A stretch of 64,000 nucleotides of DNA from Leucoraja ocellata (GCA_036785375.1 JAWMAR010001838.1:1-64000), one strand, 5' to 3'; positions 1 through 12,884 are shown, counted from the first letter of the stretch. Notes: generated by a model not told the origin, from the sequence alone. Numbers and translations: made by a program.

Positions 1-544
1 CATTTCCTTCTCAACTGTGAAATTCCATACCACATATTGTCTCCTGATTTAAATCTAACCAAACTAACCTGTTACTTAAAAACTACTTGACAATAGATTT
101 AGAATTAATTATGTTTTTTGTGGAAGTAAAGTGGAAACGGAGCAACACCCCAGCATTTCTGAGCATATGGTGCAAAACAAACAGAGAAGGGACGGATGGC
201 TTTGTGTTATCTGAGCTGCATCTGTTCACAATGGGACGTTTATCAGGGCTGCTGATTGTCCTCGGAGAGATGCCGCAGACCCTAGAGTCTTGCAGCAGAT
301 GATGATCTTATCACAAAACCCTCTTCATTCACATCATCAGTTTTTTGCTGCCAAATTTGTGGCATTTTGTGCTGTGTGTTTTGGAGCATTAACAAGCAGA
401 GTCAAAAAATATTTAGTTGAGCTGATTCCCACTGCCGTCATTTTATTGAACTGTTCTTCTCTCGTGAGAAATTTGGATGTTTCAAATTGTACAATTTTAC
501 ATTTAATTGTAAACATAATTTATCATTATATCTAACAAATATGC

Positions 545-903
545 AGTCATCATTTATTTATTTGTACTCCCCAATTTGAGATTTGTAATAGAAAAAAATC
601 ACTAGTGGTTAAAGTGCACTTTGTCAGATTTTAATAAAGGCAATTATTATACATTTTGGTTTTACCAAGTAGATATTACAGCAGTGTTTATACATAGTCC
701 CCCATTTCAGGGCACCATAATGTTTGGGACACAGCAATGTCATGTAAATTAAAGTACTCATGTTTAGTATTTTGTTGCATATCCTTTGCATGCAATGACT
801 GCATGAAGTCTGCGATTCATGGACATCACCAGTTGCTGGGTGTATTCTCTGGTGATGCTCTGCCAGGCCTGTATTGCAGCCATCGTTAGCTATGCTTGTT
901 TTG
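545..903 (-). mobile_element. Tc1-like transposon copy 1, left long TIR plus transposase C-terminal remnant
   Basis: Colinear with 15372-15723 (aaagtgcac..cccatttcagggcaccataatgtttggga..tttagtattttgttgcatatcctttgcatgcaatgac); stops abruptly at the CR1 tail. Confidence 0.88.
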
Positions 904-2730
904 AGAATAGACAATAGTCAATAGGCGCAGGAGTAGGCCATTCGGCCCATCGAGCCAGCACCACCATTTACTGTGATCATGGCTGATCATCCACAAACTG
1001 TACCCCATTCCTGCCTTCTCCCCATATCCCTTGACTCCACTATCTTTCTCAATCTAACTCTCTCTTGAAAGCATCCAGAGAATTGGCCTCCATTGCCTTC
1101 TGAGGCAGAGAATTCCACAGATTCACAACTCTTTGGGAGAATATTGTTTTTTCCTCATCTCCGTTCTAAATGGCCCACCACCTATTTTTAAACTGTGGCC
1201 CCTGGTTCTGGACTCCCCCAACATTGGGAACATATTTCCTGACTCTAGCGTGTCTAATCACTTAATAATCTTATATGTTTCAATAAGATCCCGTCTCATC
1301 CTAAATTCCAGAGTGTACAAGCCCAGTCGCTCCATTCTATCAACATATGACAATCCCGCCATCCCGGGAATTAACCTTGTGAAACTACGCTGCACTCTCT
1401 CAATAGCAAGAATGTCCTTCCTCAAATTTGGAGACCAGAACTGCACACACTACACCAGGTGGTCTCACAAGGGCTCTGTACAACTGCAGAAGGACCTCTT
1501 TTCTCATATACTCAATTCCTCTTGTTATGAAGGCCAACATGACATTAGCTTCTTCACTGTCTGCTGCATGCTTACTTTCAGTGACTGATGAACAAGGACC
1601 CCCCAGATCTCGTTGTACTTTCGCTTTTCCCAACTTGACACCATTTAGATAATAATCTGCCTTCCTGTTTTTGTCCCCAAAGTGGATCTTCTACTTGCGT
1701 ATGGCGTGCACAGCCTAAAGTTGTAGGACAACATGTTCTATTTGATCGTATTTGATTGTGCACACCAGGCTGATTGCATTCGTCAAAACGTGAAGGTTGC
1801 AATCTTCCACCCCCACCAAATTGGATAACCTCACATTTATCCACATTAAACTTCATCTGCCATGCATCTGTCCATTCACCCAACCTGTCCAAGTCACTCT
1901 GGATCCTCATAGCATTTTCACGGTTCACACTTCCACCCAGCTTTGTGTCATCTGCAAATTTGCTAATGTTTCTTTTAATCCCTTCATCTAAATCATTGAT
2001 GTATATTGAAAATAGTTGCGGTCCCAGCACCGTGCTTTGCGGTACCCCACTAGTCACTGCCTGCCATTCTGAAAGGGACGCGTTAATCCCTACTCTTTGT
2101 TTCCTGTCGGCCAACCAATTTTCTATGCATGTCAGCACTCTACCCCCAATACCATGTGCCCTAATTTTGCCCAATAATCTCCTACGTGGGACCTTATCAA
2201 ATGCTTTCTGAAAGTCCAGGTACACTACATCCACTGGCTCTCCCTTGTCCATTTTCCTAGTTACAACCTCAAATTTCCAGAAGATTAGTCAAGCATGATT
2301 TCCCCTTCATAAATCCATGCTGACTCGGACCGATCTTGTTACTGTTATCCAAAGTACCTGTTCCACTCATCTGCTATTTTCTTGTTCTCCATAATAAATT
2401 TGCCTGTTTCTGTCTTCAAGGAGCACGTATTTGTCTTAACTATTTTTTTTCTTTTCACATATCTAAAGAAGCTTCTACTATCCTCCTTTATATTCTGAGC
2501 AAGCGTACCTCATTTTTTCTTCCGGTATTGCCTTCTTAGTTATGCTCCGTTGCTCTTTAAAAGTTCCCAATCCTCTGGCTTCCCGCTCATCTTTGCTATG
2601 TTATACATCTTTTCTATTTTTATACTGTTCTTGTCAGCCACGGTCGCCTCTTACTCCCCTTAGAATCTTTCTTCCTCTTTGGAATGAACTGATCCTGCAC
2701 CTTCTGTATTATTCCCAGAAATACCTGTCA
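904..2730 (-). mobile_element. CR1/HER1-type LINE, 5'-truncated and frameshifted
   Basis: RT motifs [40 protein letters not shown] (1578..2252); QFWSP..RKDI..IERVQR (1258..1446); 3' UTR caggagtaggccattcggccc with a (caatagr)n tail at 904-925. Confidence 0.93.
1688..1812 (-). mobile_element. Short unclassified insertion (about 125 bp) inside the CR1 RT
   Basis: Non-CR1 sequence flanked by an imperfect duplication ccaaaagtggat / ccaaattggat; it breaks the CR1 reading frame. Confidence 0.6.
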
Positions 2731-2731
2731 T

Positions 2732-3469
2732 TGAGGTCTTCCTTGGCCTGCCGGTCCCTTTGTGATTAGTAAGCTCTTTCTTCTTAATGATGTTTCAAAC
2801 AGTTGATTTTAGTAAGCCTAAAGTTTGGCTGATGTCTCTAACAGTTTTATACTTGTTTCTCAGTCTCATAATGGCTTATTTGACTTTCATTGACACAACT
2901 TTGGTCCTAATGTTGATGAACAGCAATAAAAGTTTCCAAAGATGACGGAAAGACTGGAGGAAAGACTAAATGCTGAGAGCTCTCTTCTACCTGCATTAAG
3001 GAGGCAATTAAACACACCCGAGCAATGACAAATGCCATGTGTCCCAAACATTATGGTCCCCTGAAATGGTGGACTATGTATAAACACTGCTGTAATTTCT
3101 ACATGGTGAAACCAAAATGTGTAAAAATACCCTTTAATAAAATCTGACAATGTGCACTTTAACCACATGTGATTTTTTTTCTATTCAAATTGTGGAATGC
3201 AGAGTCAAATAAATAAATAATGGGAGCTACACAAAAAAGCTGGAGAAACTCAGCGGGTGCAGCAGCATCTATGGAGCGAAGGAAATAGGCGACTTTTCGG
3301 GCTGAAACCCTTCTTCAGACCCGAAACGTTGCCTATTTCCTTCGCTCCATTGATGCTGCTGCACCCACTGAGTATATCCAGCTTTTATGTGTACCTTCGA
3401 TTTTCCAGCATCTGCAGTTCTTCTTAAATAAATAATGGGTCTTTGTCCCAAACATTATGGAGTGCACTG
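2732..3469 (-). mobile_element. Tc1-like copy 1, transposase N-terminal remnant and right TIR
   Basis: Colinear with 16430-16826; ends tgtcccaaacattatggagtgcactg (Tc1-type CAGTG terminus on the opposite strand). Confidence 0.88.
3225..3424. mobile_element. Penelope-type terminal-repeat insertion forming a hairpin, with a hammerhead-like core
   Basis: Arms 3228-3301 and 3320-3393 are inverted; 15-bp TSD taaataaataatggg at 3210-3224 and 3425-3439; minus strand reads ctgaagaagggtttcagcccgaaaagtc. Confidence 0.75.
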
Positions 3470-3605
3470 TCTAAGCCCTTTGACATACACAGTGCAAGTG
3501 CTTTCATTGTTCATTTTGTGCGACAAAGTAGATCGGAGGATATGCAGTATGAACCACACCACACCAACTTGAGATTAATTCATCATTTATCTCTTTATTT
3601 ATTTA

Positions 3606-4317
3606 GTCAAGTCAAGTCAAGTCAAGTCAACTTTATTTGTCACATACACTTACAAGATGCACAGTGAAATGAAAGTGGCAATGCCTGCGGAATTGTGCAA
3701 AACCACAGAACAACAGAACAGAGCCAGTATTTACATTAAAAAAACAAGACAACAACCTGTGGGAAGAAACTCCATCTCATCCTCTCTGTTTTTGCAGCGT
3801 GACAGCAGAGGTGTTTGCCTGACCGTAGCAGCTGGAACAGTCCGTTGCTGGGGTGGTAGGGGCCATTCATTATGTTGCTGGCTCTGGATCTGCATCTCCT
3901 GATGTATAGGTCCTGTGTGGGGGGCGAGTGTAGTTCCCATAGTGCGTTCGGATGTACGCACTACTCTCTGAAGAGCCTTCCTGCCCTGGGCAGAGCTGTT
4001 GCTAAACCAGTTCGAGAGGTTTCTGGTCAGGATACTTTCTACAGCACCAGAGTAGAAGGATTGAAGGATCCTCACAGAGACTTTTAATTTCCTCTTCTGC
4101 CTGAGGTGGTAAAGGTGCTGCCTTGCCTTACTCACCAATGCGGCAGTGTGTGTTGTCCATGTCGGATCCTCTGTGATGTGGACTCCCAGGTATTTAAAGC
4201 AGCTCACCTTATCCACAGTAGTCCCATTTATCCCCAGTGGCGTGTACGTCCTCGGTAGTTGTGGCCATCTAAAGTCCACAATCAGCTCCTTAGTTTTAGT
4301 GACATTCAAGAGGAGGC
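3606..4317 (-). mobile_element. Rex1/Babar LINE 3' fragment
   Basis: KTKELIVDFR..FKYLGVHI..KARQ.LYHLRQ (3731..4309); (ttgac)n tail at 3606-3630; closely similar to 36170-36945. Confidence 0.9.
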
Positions 4318-4321
4318 TTAG

Positions 4322-5137
4322 TTAAGTGTAAAATATAAGTATAAAGTATCCTTTATTGTCATTCAAACTGTCTCCAGTCTGAATGAAATTGCATACCTTG
4401 CAGTCATAACAAAAAATAAAATAACATAACACACAATGAACACAATTTAACATCCACCACAGTGAGTTCACCAGGCACCTCCTCACTGTGATGGAAGGCA
4501 AAAGTCTTAAAGTCCTTGTCTCCTCCCTCCTTGTTCTCCCTCTACGTTGAGGCGATCCAGGCTTTTGATGTTGAAGCCCCCGCCGTGTGATGGTAAGTCC
4601 CGCAGCTGAATCCGAGCTCCGCGAACGGGCCGGTTCAAACTCCGCGGCCCGGGGCGGACGAAGTTCCCACCCTCCAGTCCAGTGGACGAAGCTATTGCCG
4701 CAGGGAGCTCCGGAGAATTGGTCACCAACCTGGGACCTGCGAGCTCCCGATGTTGTTGTCCTCTGGGCCCGCGGCCGAGCTTCCTAGGCCCCGAAGTCGG
4801 GCCATTGCCGCAGCGCCACCACAGCCCCCAAGTCGGCCAGCTTCACTATAGTAAGTAAGTCCTGGCTCTGCCTCCGGAGCCTTGAGGTCGGTCCCACTTG
4901 GAGGCCACCAGCTCCACCATTAGGCCTCAGCGCAGATGGAGACGGAGATGGAGACGGGGATACGACAAAGAAAAGGTCGCACATCCCCCCTGAAGGAAGA
5001 GATTAAAACCATCCCCACACATACACAACTAAAAATAAACTAAACATACATCTAACAAGACAAAAGAAAACAAAAAAATAAAAGACAGACGGACTGCAGG
5101 CGAGCCGCAGATGCTTGGACAGTGCCGCCACTTCCGG
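4322..5137 (-). mobile_element. GC-rich non-autonomous retroposon with Rex1-type tail (copy A)
   Basis: 5' head ccggaagtggcggc..ctgcggctcgcctgcagtc; 3' ccttccatcacagtgagga..stem-loop..tgacaataaa; both ends match 18424-19011. Confidence 0.75.
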
Positions 5138-5829
5138 AATGTTTATTTTATTTATTTTATTTATTGGAGATGCACATTGTCCATACATTTCATATATTTA
5201 GGTAAGAAGCCAGAAAATAACCTTAACATGCTTTAAGAATTACTTTTTATAATAATCTGTTGTGCTCAGGTACCTAAATGTTGATAACCCAATCAGAGTT
5301 AGTTGAATATGTGAGGACTGGTAGCTTTCTTCTGTTTTTCAACTGCAAAAATAATACGTATGTATTTCACACATGTCACATAAATCATCCCACTCATATT
5401 TGTAGTTGTGGGTTTGTTGGGCTTTGAGGGTCTATATTTTATGATCTCCCAAAACTAATGGGAGGAACACAATATATGGTTATTGTTTGGCAGTTGATTC
5501 TGTGACAACTTGTGCTATCTGCTACTTCACATGGTTGCAGCCAACTCTGTGCAATTTTGACTGGGTCCACACGTCAGCAGGAAGCCAATTAGTGCTCTGC
5601 ACCAGTTAGCACTGGCCTGCTCCACGGGAAGCCAGCCTGTAACTATAATAGGTAGTGTATAACGTTATGTTGGGCGCTGGGAGTCATTCTGGAGTTTATT
5701 ATGACCTGGAAGACAACAAGTGGCATTGGACACTAGCCTATCTGACCTTTCCACATTAGACAACTCATCTCTTTGAGATATTAGTCCTGTAAACCTTCTT
5801 AGAATTCCTTCCCAAACACTTGCTACATG

Positions 5830-6090
5830 GTGACCCCATTACAACTGCACCTACGACTACAGGATTATCGATTTTCTACATGGCGACCAATTTTTGGTCG
5901 CCAAAGAATTGCCAACATGTTGAAAAATTTGCGCCGACAATACTGATGCCGCGACTGGTTCCCAGCATGCGGGAACTCCTCGCGACTATGAAGGAGACTC
6001 ACCAGAACACCAGCGAACATGTGGCGATCATGAGGCGAGCGCAGAGTCTCCTGCACTCGCCTAAAAAGTCGCCTAAGTGGGACAGGCCCT
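5830..6090. mobile_element. Harbinger-like MITE, right part
   Basis: Ends aagtgggacaggccct followed by taa, the same TIR end as 51725-52277; internal motif caacatgttgaaaa also occurs at 62270. Confidence 0.65.
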
Positions 6091-6140
6091 TAACAATAGT
6101 ACATCCCACAGGTTTTGCCCCAATTACATCTTACTCAGGG

Positions 6141-6500
6141 CCATAGAGCCTTACAGCATGGAAACAGGCCCTTCGGCCCACTCGTCCATGCTGAACAAGA
6201 TGCTCCATCTAAGCTAGCCTCATTTGCCTGCTATATAGCTCTAAACATTTCATCCATTTACGTGTCCGTGCCTTTTAGCTTCTTTTATGTTATCAGCCTC
6301 CACTACCTCCTCTGACAGCACGTTTCATATAAATACAGTTCCCTGAGTGAAAGAAATTGCCCCTCAGGTTACTTTGAAATCCTTCCCATCTTACCTTAAA
6401 CCTATGTCCTCTGATTCTTGATTCCCTACCCTGGGTAAAAGACTCTGTGCATTCACTCTATTAGGTCAGCTCATGATTTTATACAGCTCTAAAAGATTCA
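6141..6500 (-). mobile_element. Old CR1-type LINE 3' end
   Basis: acagcatggaaacaggcccttcggccc tail and cttaaacctatgtcctct..ccctaccctgggtaaaag typical of the LINE 3' region. Confidence 0.65.
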
Positions 6501-6859
6501 CTGTGTAGATCCTGCCCTAATGCCTCTATGTGGCAGCGCTGTTGAACAGCTGCGGCTCGCCTGCATCAGTGTTTGGAACTCATTTCCTCAAAGGAAAGCA
6601 CAAACAATATATTTGAATACTGTTAAAGCAGAATTTATTTTGTAATGTGGTAACTCATAGTAAAAGCACATACAAAAGTTGAGGTTCTACTGAGATCAGT
6701 CATTGTCTCCCAACATTCCCAGTTTCTATTACTCGCTTGGGGATCATTTACAGTTGCCCAATAACCTACCAACCTGCAAGTGAGGAAACTGGAGTACCTG
6801 AGGGAAACCCACAGGATCAACATACGATCTTCACATGGACAGTACCAGTGGTCACAGGT

Positions 6860-7294
6860 CAATTTGGTTTATACTCTCTAGAATTTAGAAGATTGAGAGG
6901 GGATCTTATAGAAACTTACAAAATTCTTAAGGGGTTGGACAGGCTAGATGCAGGAAGATTGTTCCCGATGTTAGGGAAGTCCAGGACAAGGGGTCACAGC
7001 TTAAGGATAAAGGGGAAATCCTTTAAAACCGAGATGAGAAGAACTTTTTTCACACAGAGAGTGGTGAATCTCTGGAATTCTCTGCCACAGAGGGTAGTTG
7101 AGGCCAGTTCATTGGCTATATTTAAGAGGGAGTTAGATGTGGCCCTTGTGGCTAAGGGGATCAGGGGGTATGGAGAGAAGGCAGGTACGGGATACTGAGT
7201 TGGATGATCAGCCATGATCATATTGAATGGCGGTGCAGGCTCGAAGGGCCGAATGGCCTACTCCTGCACCTAATTTCTATGTTTCTATGTTTCT
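6860..7294 (+). mobile_element. CR1/HER1 LINE 3' end inserted into a minus-strand V-SINE remnant (about 6735-7325)
   Basis: GLYSLEFRRLRGDLIETYKILKG..RTRGHSLRI..FFTQRVVNLWNSLP; (tttctatg)n tail. Confidence 0.93.
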
Positions 7295-8494
7295 AAACCC
7301 GGGCAGCTGGAGATATGCCACTGTACTGAACTGAATCTAAAATGTAAAACCACATAATGGTGTAAAACATGTAACTCTTCTGTCTCACCCAACCTGCAAC
7401 CTTACCCATGTACCTTTCTTAATAGATGTCCATTAGCTAAGGTAGACTGGTGAACAAGCAGGAAGACACTGATGAAGCAGGAATGCTATTACCTGACTTT
7501 GCATTCCTGGTCATTAACTAATTACAGTACACGTATGTGTTATCTAAGGGTAGATTAGAGGCTGGATTTGACCACAGAGAACCAAGGGGCAAAATTATCT
7601 ACAGCCAGGATTGGGCAAAATGGCCAGGTAAAGATTGCACATGTTCTGCAGTGAAGATCTTCAATTAGCACTTTGATGTGCTTGCTACTGATGAATATTC
7701 TTGGGCATACACAATGAAATATGATGCATTGATAGACTTGCAAGCGGTCTCGCGGAGCGTGGATGAGCCTGGCTACAGCCTTATGTGACCTATGACTACG
7801 CTACATGTTGGCACTTCACAGACTTGGCAGAACCCCTCTGGAGCAAAGCAAGAAGCAGAAGTTTTGTTTTAGCAGGCCAACGTTTTGTGTGAGGTGCACA
7901 TTAAACCTGCTTCACATGTTGTTTTGATTGTGTGCTGGAAGCATCAGGCTCAGTGTCAGTTGCTGCATAATGAAGAATTCTAAAGTGTATCACATTCTGT
8001 AAAGGTGCATCAACTATCAAGGAACAAATATTTCAATGGCTAATTAGAAAATAGTTGATGACGTAAGTCAGGGCCTTGGCTGCTGCTGAATGTGTGTTCA
8101 TTGTATAGGGTTGGAGAGGATGTTGGATGTCCAAAATGGTGTGCATTGGCACTGATCTACAGCCTGTAGCACCCAAAATAAATGCACCGTGGAACAGTGT
8201 CGTTAATATGACATTTTATGTCTTTAGTTTTTACTGACAAAATGATAAACAAGTTTCAATAAAATTAACTTTTGGATTGTTGCTGTGATCTGTTCATAAA
8301 AGTGCACTAATTTTCTAGTCACTTTTATATAGATCTGTTCTAATTGCTATGCCTCAATTGTTTATAGTCAGCACAAGATTCAATCAACAGCAATTAGATA
8401 TCTGTTTTGTAATAACTGACATAGTTTGTCTTGTGCACTTTGGTTCCTAGCCTTAAGCCTTTTTGTAGAACAGAGGGATAAGAGTACAAGCACA

Positions 8495-10088
8495 CCATTC
8501 TCTGAAAGTGCCATCGCAGACAGGTAGTGTGGTGAACAAGGCTTATGGCATGCTGGCCTTCATTTGTCAAGTGACTGAGTATAGAAGTTGGGACCTTAGG
8601 TTACAGTTATAGAATACATTGGTGAGGCTGCACTTAGAGTATTGGGTTCTATTTTAGTCATCCTGCTATTGGACTGATGCCATTAAATTGGAAAGAGAAG
8701 ATATACGTGGGTGTTAGCAGGGCTGAGATATGGGAAAAGTTTGCACGGCCTAGGACTTTATTCCTTGGGACACTAAAGGCTGAGGGATCTCCTTTTAGAG
8801 GTATATAAAATCATGAGGAAAATAGATAGGACCGCAGCGGGACCTGTAATATCGTGAAAGACATTACACATCCTTGTCACACTGCTGCCCTCAGTAAAAA
8901 GGTACATGTCGCTAAAGTCACTCACTGCCAGACTCAAGAACAGCTTTTAATCATCAGCAATCTTGGAACTGAACTCTGTCTCGGGAGCGGGTTATGGGGA
9001 AGGAGGGGGGGTGGGAGACAATGTTAATTTATGTAAATGTGAATCCATGGGTGGGTTTGGGGAGGGAGGGAGTGTAAAAAGTATATGTGAATGTTTGAAG
9101 TTCTTTTAAATGGAGAGACACAGTAATCTCGTTGTATGTGACACATGCAATGACAATAAAGCATTCTGGTGTTCTGATGGGATAAAGGCACAGTCGTTTT
9201 CCCAGAGTAGGGAAATTGAAATTTAACAGGAACCTGAGGGGCAACGTTTTCTCACACATTAGGTGATGGGTATATGGAACAAGCTGCCAGAGGAAGAAGT
9301 TGTGGTATAAAGCATAATTGAAAAGATGTTTAGAAGGTATATTGATAGGAAAGGTTCAAAGGAATAAGGGCCAAACATTGGGACTAGCTGCGATAGGGCA
9401 CCTTGGTCAGCATGGACATCTTGGTCAGCATGGGCACCTTGGTCAGCATGGGCACCTTGGTCAGCATGGACACCTTGTTCAGCATGGACACCTTGGTCAG
9501 CATGGACACCTTGTTCAGCATGGACACCTTGGTCCAAAGGGGCACCTTGGTCAGCATGGACACCTTGGTCAGCATGGGCACCTTGGTCAGCATGGACACC
9601 TTGTTCAGCATGGACACCTTGGTCCAAAGGGGCACCTTGGTCAGCATGGACACCTTGTTCAGCATGGACACCTTGGTCAGCATGGACACCTTGGTCAGCA
9701 TGGACACCTTGGTCAGCATGGGCACCTTGGTCAGCATGGGCACCTTGGTCAGCATGGACACCTTGGTCAGCATGGGCACCTTGGTCAGCATGGGCACCTT
9801 GGTCAGCATGGGCACCTTGGTCAGCATGGACATCTTGGTCAGTATGGGCACCTTGGTCAGTATGGGCACCTTGGTCAGCATGGACACCTTGGTCAGCATG
9901 GGCACCTTGGTCAGCATGGACATCTTGGTCAGCATGGGCACCTTGGTCAGTATGGACATCTTGGTCAGCATGGACATCTTGGTCAGCATGGGCATCTTGG
10001 TCAGCATGGCCACCTTGGTCAACATGGACACCTTGGTCAGCATGGACAACTCGGGCCAAAGGGAATGTTTCCTTGCTGCATGACTATC
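8495..10088 (+). mobile_element. Decayed CR1 LINE 3' part, interrupted by a Rex1-type tail (about 8835-9170) and a minisatellite
   Basis: aaggcttatggcatgctggccttcat..gagtatagaagttggga..; resumes at about 9175; terminal gggccaaagggaatgtttccttgctg at 10053. Confidence 0.65.
9396..10047. repeat. 18-bp minisatellite, about 36 units (gg[g/a]caccttggtcagcat)
   Basis: Read directly; accounts for the four overlapping repetitive ORFs. Confidence 0.97.
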
Positions 10089-10257
10089 TTCTTCACTTAT
10101 CACCTCCAACTTTCTCTTTTCAACCAGACTCTTCTGCTAATCAACTGCTCCTCACCTAGATTAACCTATCACTTGGCAAATCTTGCCCACCCCTTCTTCT
10201 CACCTCTTTCTATCAGCTATATCCCCAATATATCAATATACTGTTGAAATTCTCAAT

Positions 10258-10907
10258 CCCGACAGGCTGTGGAGGATGGATATATCGGCAGGAGGGCGGG
10301 CTGAACAAATAAATCTCTGGCTATAATCATGGCTGAAATAGAGTTTTGACCTATAAGGGAGTCAAGCATCACATGGAAGAAGTTGGTAAATGGAGTCCAA
10401 GATCAGATCAGCCATGATTTTAATGAACAGCAGGGAAGGGCAGAGGAGTCACGTGCCATATTCTGGCTCCTGTTTTTATATTTTTATATTGTTGTGATAT
10501 ATTCTTGTATCTTCAATGTAAAACAATCTAATTGAAATGAATCATTCAATGTGTCCCTGAGCTTCATTTACTCCGGAGATTCTTTGGACATCAATATAAT
10601 CAGAGTGGTGCCCACACGTACAAAATATAAGCATATGTTTAATTAAATGTTCCATTTAGTAAGGGTATAAAATAATATAGTGCTATCGAAAGACATTACA
10701 GATACTCTACTACTCCATGAAGAGTATACATCTCCTGATGTATTCAACAGGGAGGAAGATTTAGCTCTTAAGGCTAACAGAATCAAGGGATATGGGGGGA
10801 AAAGCAGGAATGGGGGGGGGGGGGGCACTGATTTTGTATGACCAGCCATGATCAGATTGAATGGCAGTGCTGGCTCGAAGGGCCGAACTCCAGCACCCAT
10901 TTTCTAT
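10258..10907 (+). mobile_element. Two decayed CR1 3' ends (about 10258-10480 and 10740-10907)
   Basis: agatcagccatgat..aatgaa and accagccatgatcagattgaatggcagtgctggctcgaagggccgaa tails. Confidence 0.65.
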
Positions 10908-11657
10908 TAAACAGTAGGTATGGTCGAAAGCAACCTAAAATTTAATCAGAAAGTGTTTGGTAGAGATAGCATATGTTCTGTAGTCACTCCTACTCTCATT
11001 GTGTAACAAGGGAAATGTGCAGTGGCACACAGTAAAGGAGACGGAATAAATCCACGGATTATCGCAGCATGGTAAAACTCATTTGCATCATAAAGAATAC
11101 TCTTGCCATTGCATTTTCTGGAAAAGATTCGGTGCTGATTGAAGAAAAGGAAGAACGTTTTTGCAATACTTGTTTGTTTTATAAATACACACAACTGTGA
11201 GATATTCAGTTAACTATATATTTAAACTAAATACCATCGTATCAGTAACTCCCCCACCCCCCTGCCTCCAGCTTTCATTTATTTTCCCATCAAATTACAT
11301 TTGTGCCTAAGTAGACCATTGTGATAATGGGCCAGCTGAGAAATATTTTTGCAAATACATTTATAAAAGTTGGGCTGATGGCCTCTTTCTATGTTTTAAA
11401 TTTGAAAGAATATTAGTTAAATAGATTGTGGATGAAAGGACGTTAAAATGGCGATGAGCTTGAAATGTAAAGGAAATGACTGGACAGTAATTATAAATGT
11501 AGAGGATTTTCCATGGATAAGTACTTAATAAATGTGGCTAATCAGTGGTGGTGAGTTTTGGACAGTGGCCACCTAATGAGCAGATACATAGAGATGGGTA
11601 GGTGGCTGTGGTGAAGCAGGACAAGCTGATGGAGGGACATGAATGAAAGGACATTAT

Positions 11658-12350
11658 TGAATGAATGAATCTCTTTATTGTCATTGCACATGGTACAACA
11701 AATTTAAAAGTCAATCCCATGGTGCAATTCACAAGAGCAATTTTAAATACATAAGATAAGGTAAAAATATATACATATAAAAAAAATTTTAAAAATTACA
11801 GATAAATAACAATAGCAGCTGAGGTAGAACCATTCAGTTGAATGTGAGTGTTATTTCTTATTTTGCATTGTTAAGTTTACGTATGGCTATGGGGTAGAAG
11901 CTGTCTCTGAGTCTGTTTGTGCGAGTTTTGAAAGACCTGTACCGTCTGCCAGAGGGCAGCAGGTGGAACAGGTTGTGTCCAGGGTGGGAAGGGTCCTTCA
12001 GGATGTTGGCTGCCCTGCCAAGGCAGCGAGAGCTGAAGATGTCCTTCAGGGAGGGCAGTGGGCAGCCAGTGATTTTTTGTGCGGTGTTGATGACCCGTTG
12101 ATGGGCTCTCCTGTCCGCTGCAGAGCAGCTGACATACCATGTGGTTATACAGTACGCCAGCACACTCTCGATGGAGCAGCGGTAGAAGGACACCAGCAGC
12201 TTCTCCTCCAGGTTGTTTTTCCTGAGGATCCTCAGAAAGTAGAGTCGCTGCTGGGCCTTCTTGACTGCTGTGGTGGTGTTTGTAGTCCAGGAGAGATCCT
12301 CCATAATTTGTGTGCCCAGGAATCTGAAGTCTGAGACCCTTTGACATAGA
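11658..12350 (-). mobile_element. Rex1/Babar LINE 3' fragment
   Basis: DLSWTTNT..KKAQQRLYFLR..FYRCSIESVL..LLPSGRRYRS..RLRDSFYP (11858..12304); tgacaataaa plus (attc)n tail. Confidence 0.92.
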
Positions 12351-12358
12351 AGGGCACA

Positions 12359-12446
12359 AGATCAGATTCAGATTCAGATTCAGATTCAAACTTTATTGTC
12401 ATTGTGCAGTGTACATACAGTACAGAGACAACGAAAAGCAGTTAGC
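12359..12446 (-). mobile_element. Isolated Rex1-type 3' tail
   Basis: (agattc)n followed by tttattgtcattgtgcagtgtac. Confidence 0.65.
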
Positions 12447-12884
12447 ACACATGATCCAGTGTGCTGAAAAATGGAACAAAAACAGTGTTGGACAGTAAAC
12501 AAAGATACATGTGAATAACAAACATAACATTTAGATTAGTCATCATCAGCTAGAAAATGGATTGCACCCTCTCAATAAACCTCACGTTTAGCATTATATC
12601 TACTAACATTCTGATCCACCAGAAAAAATGGAGAAATCAAACAAAAAAATCATTAAAAGCAGCACTGTAGTGATACACAAAAAGCATCTGGTGGTTAAAA
12701 GGGACCTGTATGGGTTTCTGTTGGGAGCTACATGAAGAACAGCCACTTACCACTGGGACTTATCATTGGGACTCTGATCACTAGCAAGTGCAACAGCCAT
12801 CATCTCGTGGCTGCCACAGGACAGCTGCATAAAAAACTCCCACAGAAGGGCGGGAAAGCACAGGCTGGGAAGAATATAACAATG

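Noticed and set aside
7559-7632. Possible exon ending in CAG|gtaaag
   Set aside because: No polypyrimidine tract at the acceptor and the peptide is unrecognisable
9396-10047. CRISPR-like array
   Set aside because: Head-to-tail repeats without unique spacers, no cas genes, vertebrate context; the same applies to 51934-52067 and 52321-52443
9259-10247. Four long overlapping ORFs (His/Gly-rich, collagen-like)
   Set aside because: Explained by an 18-bp stop-free tandem unit inside a LINE tail; no splice or promoter support
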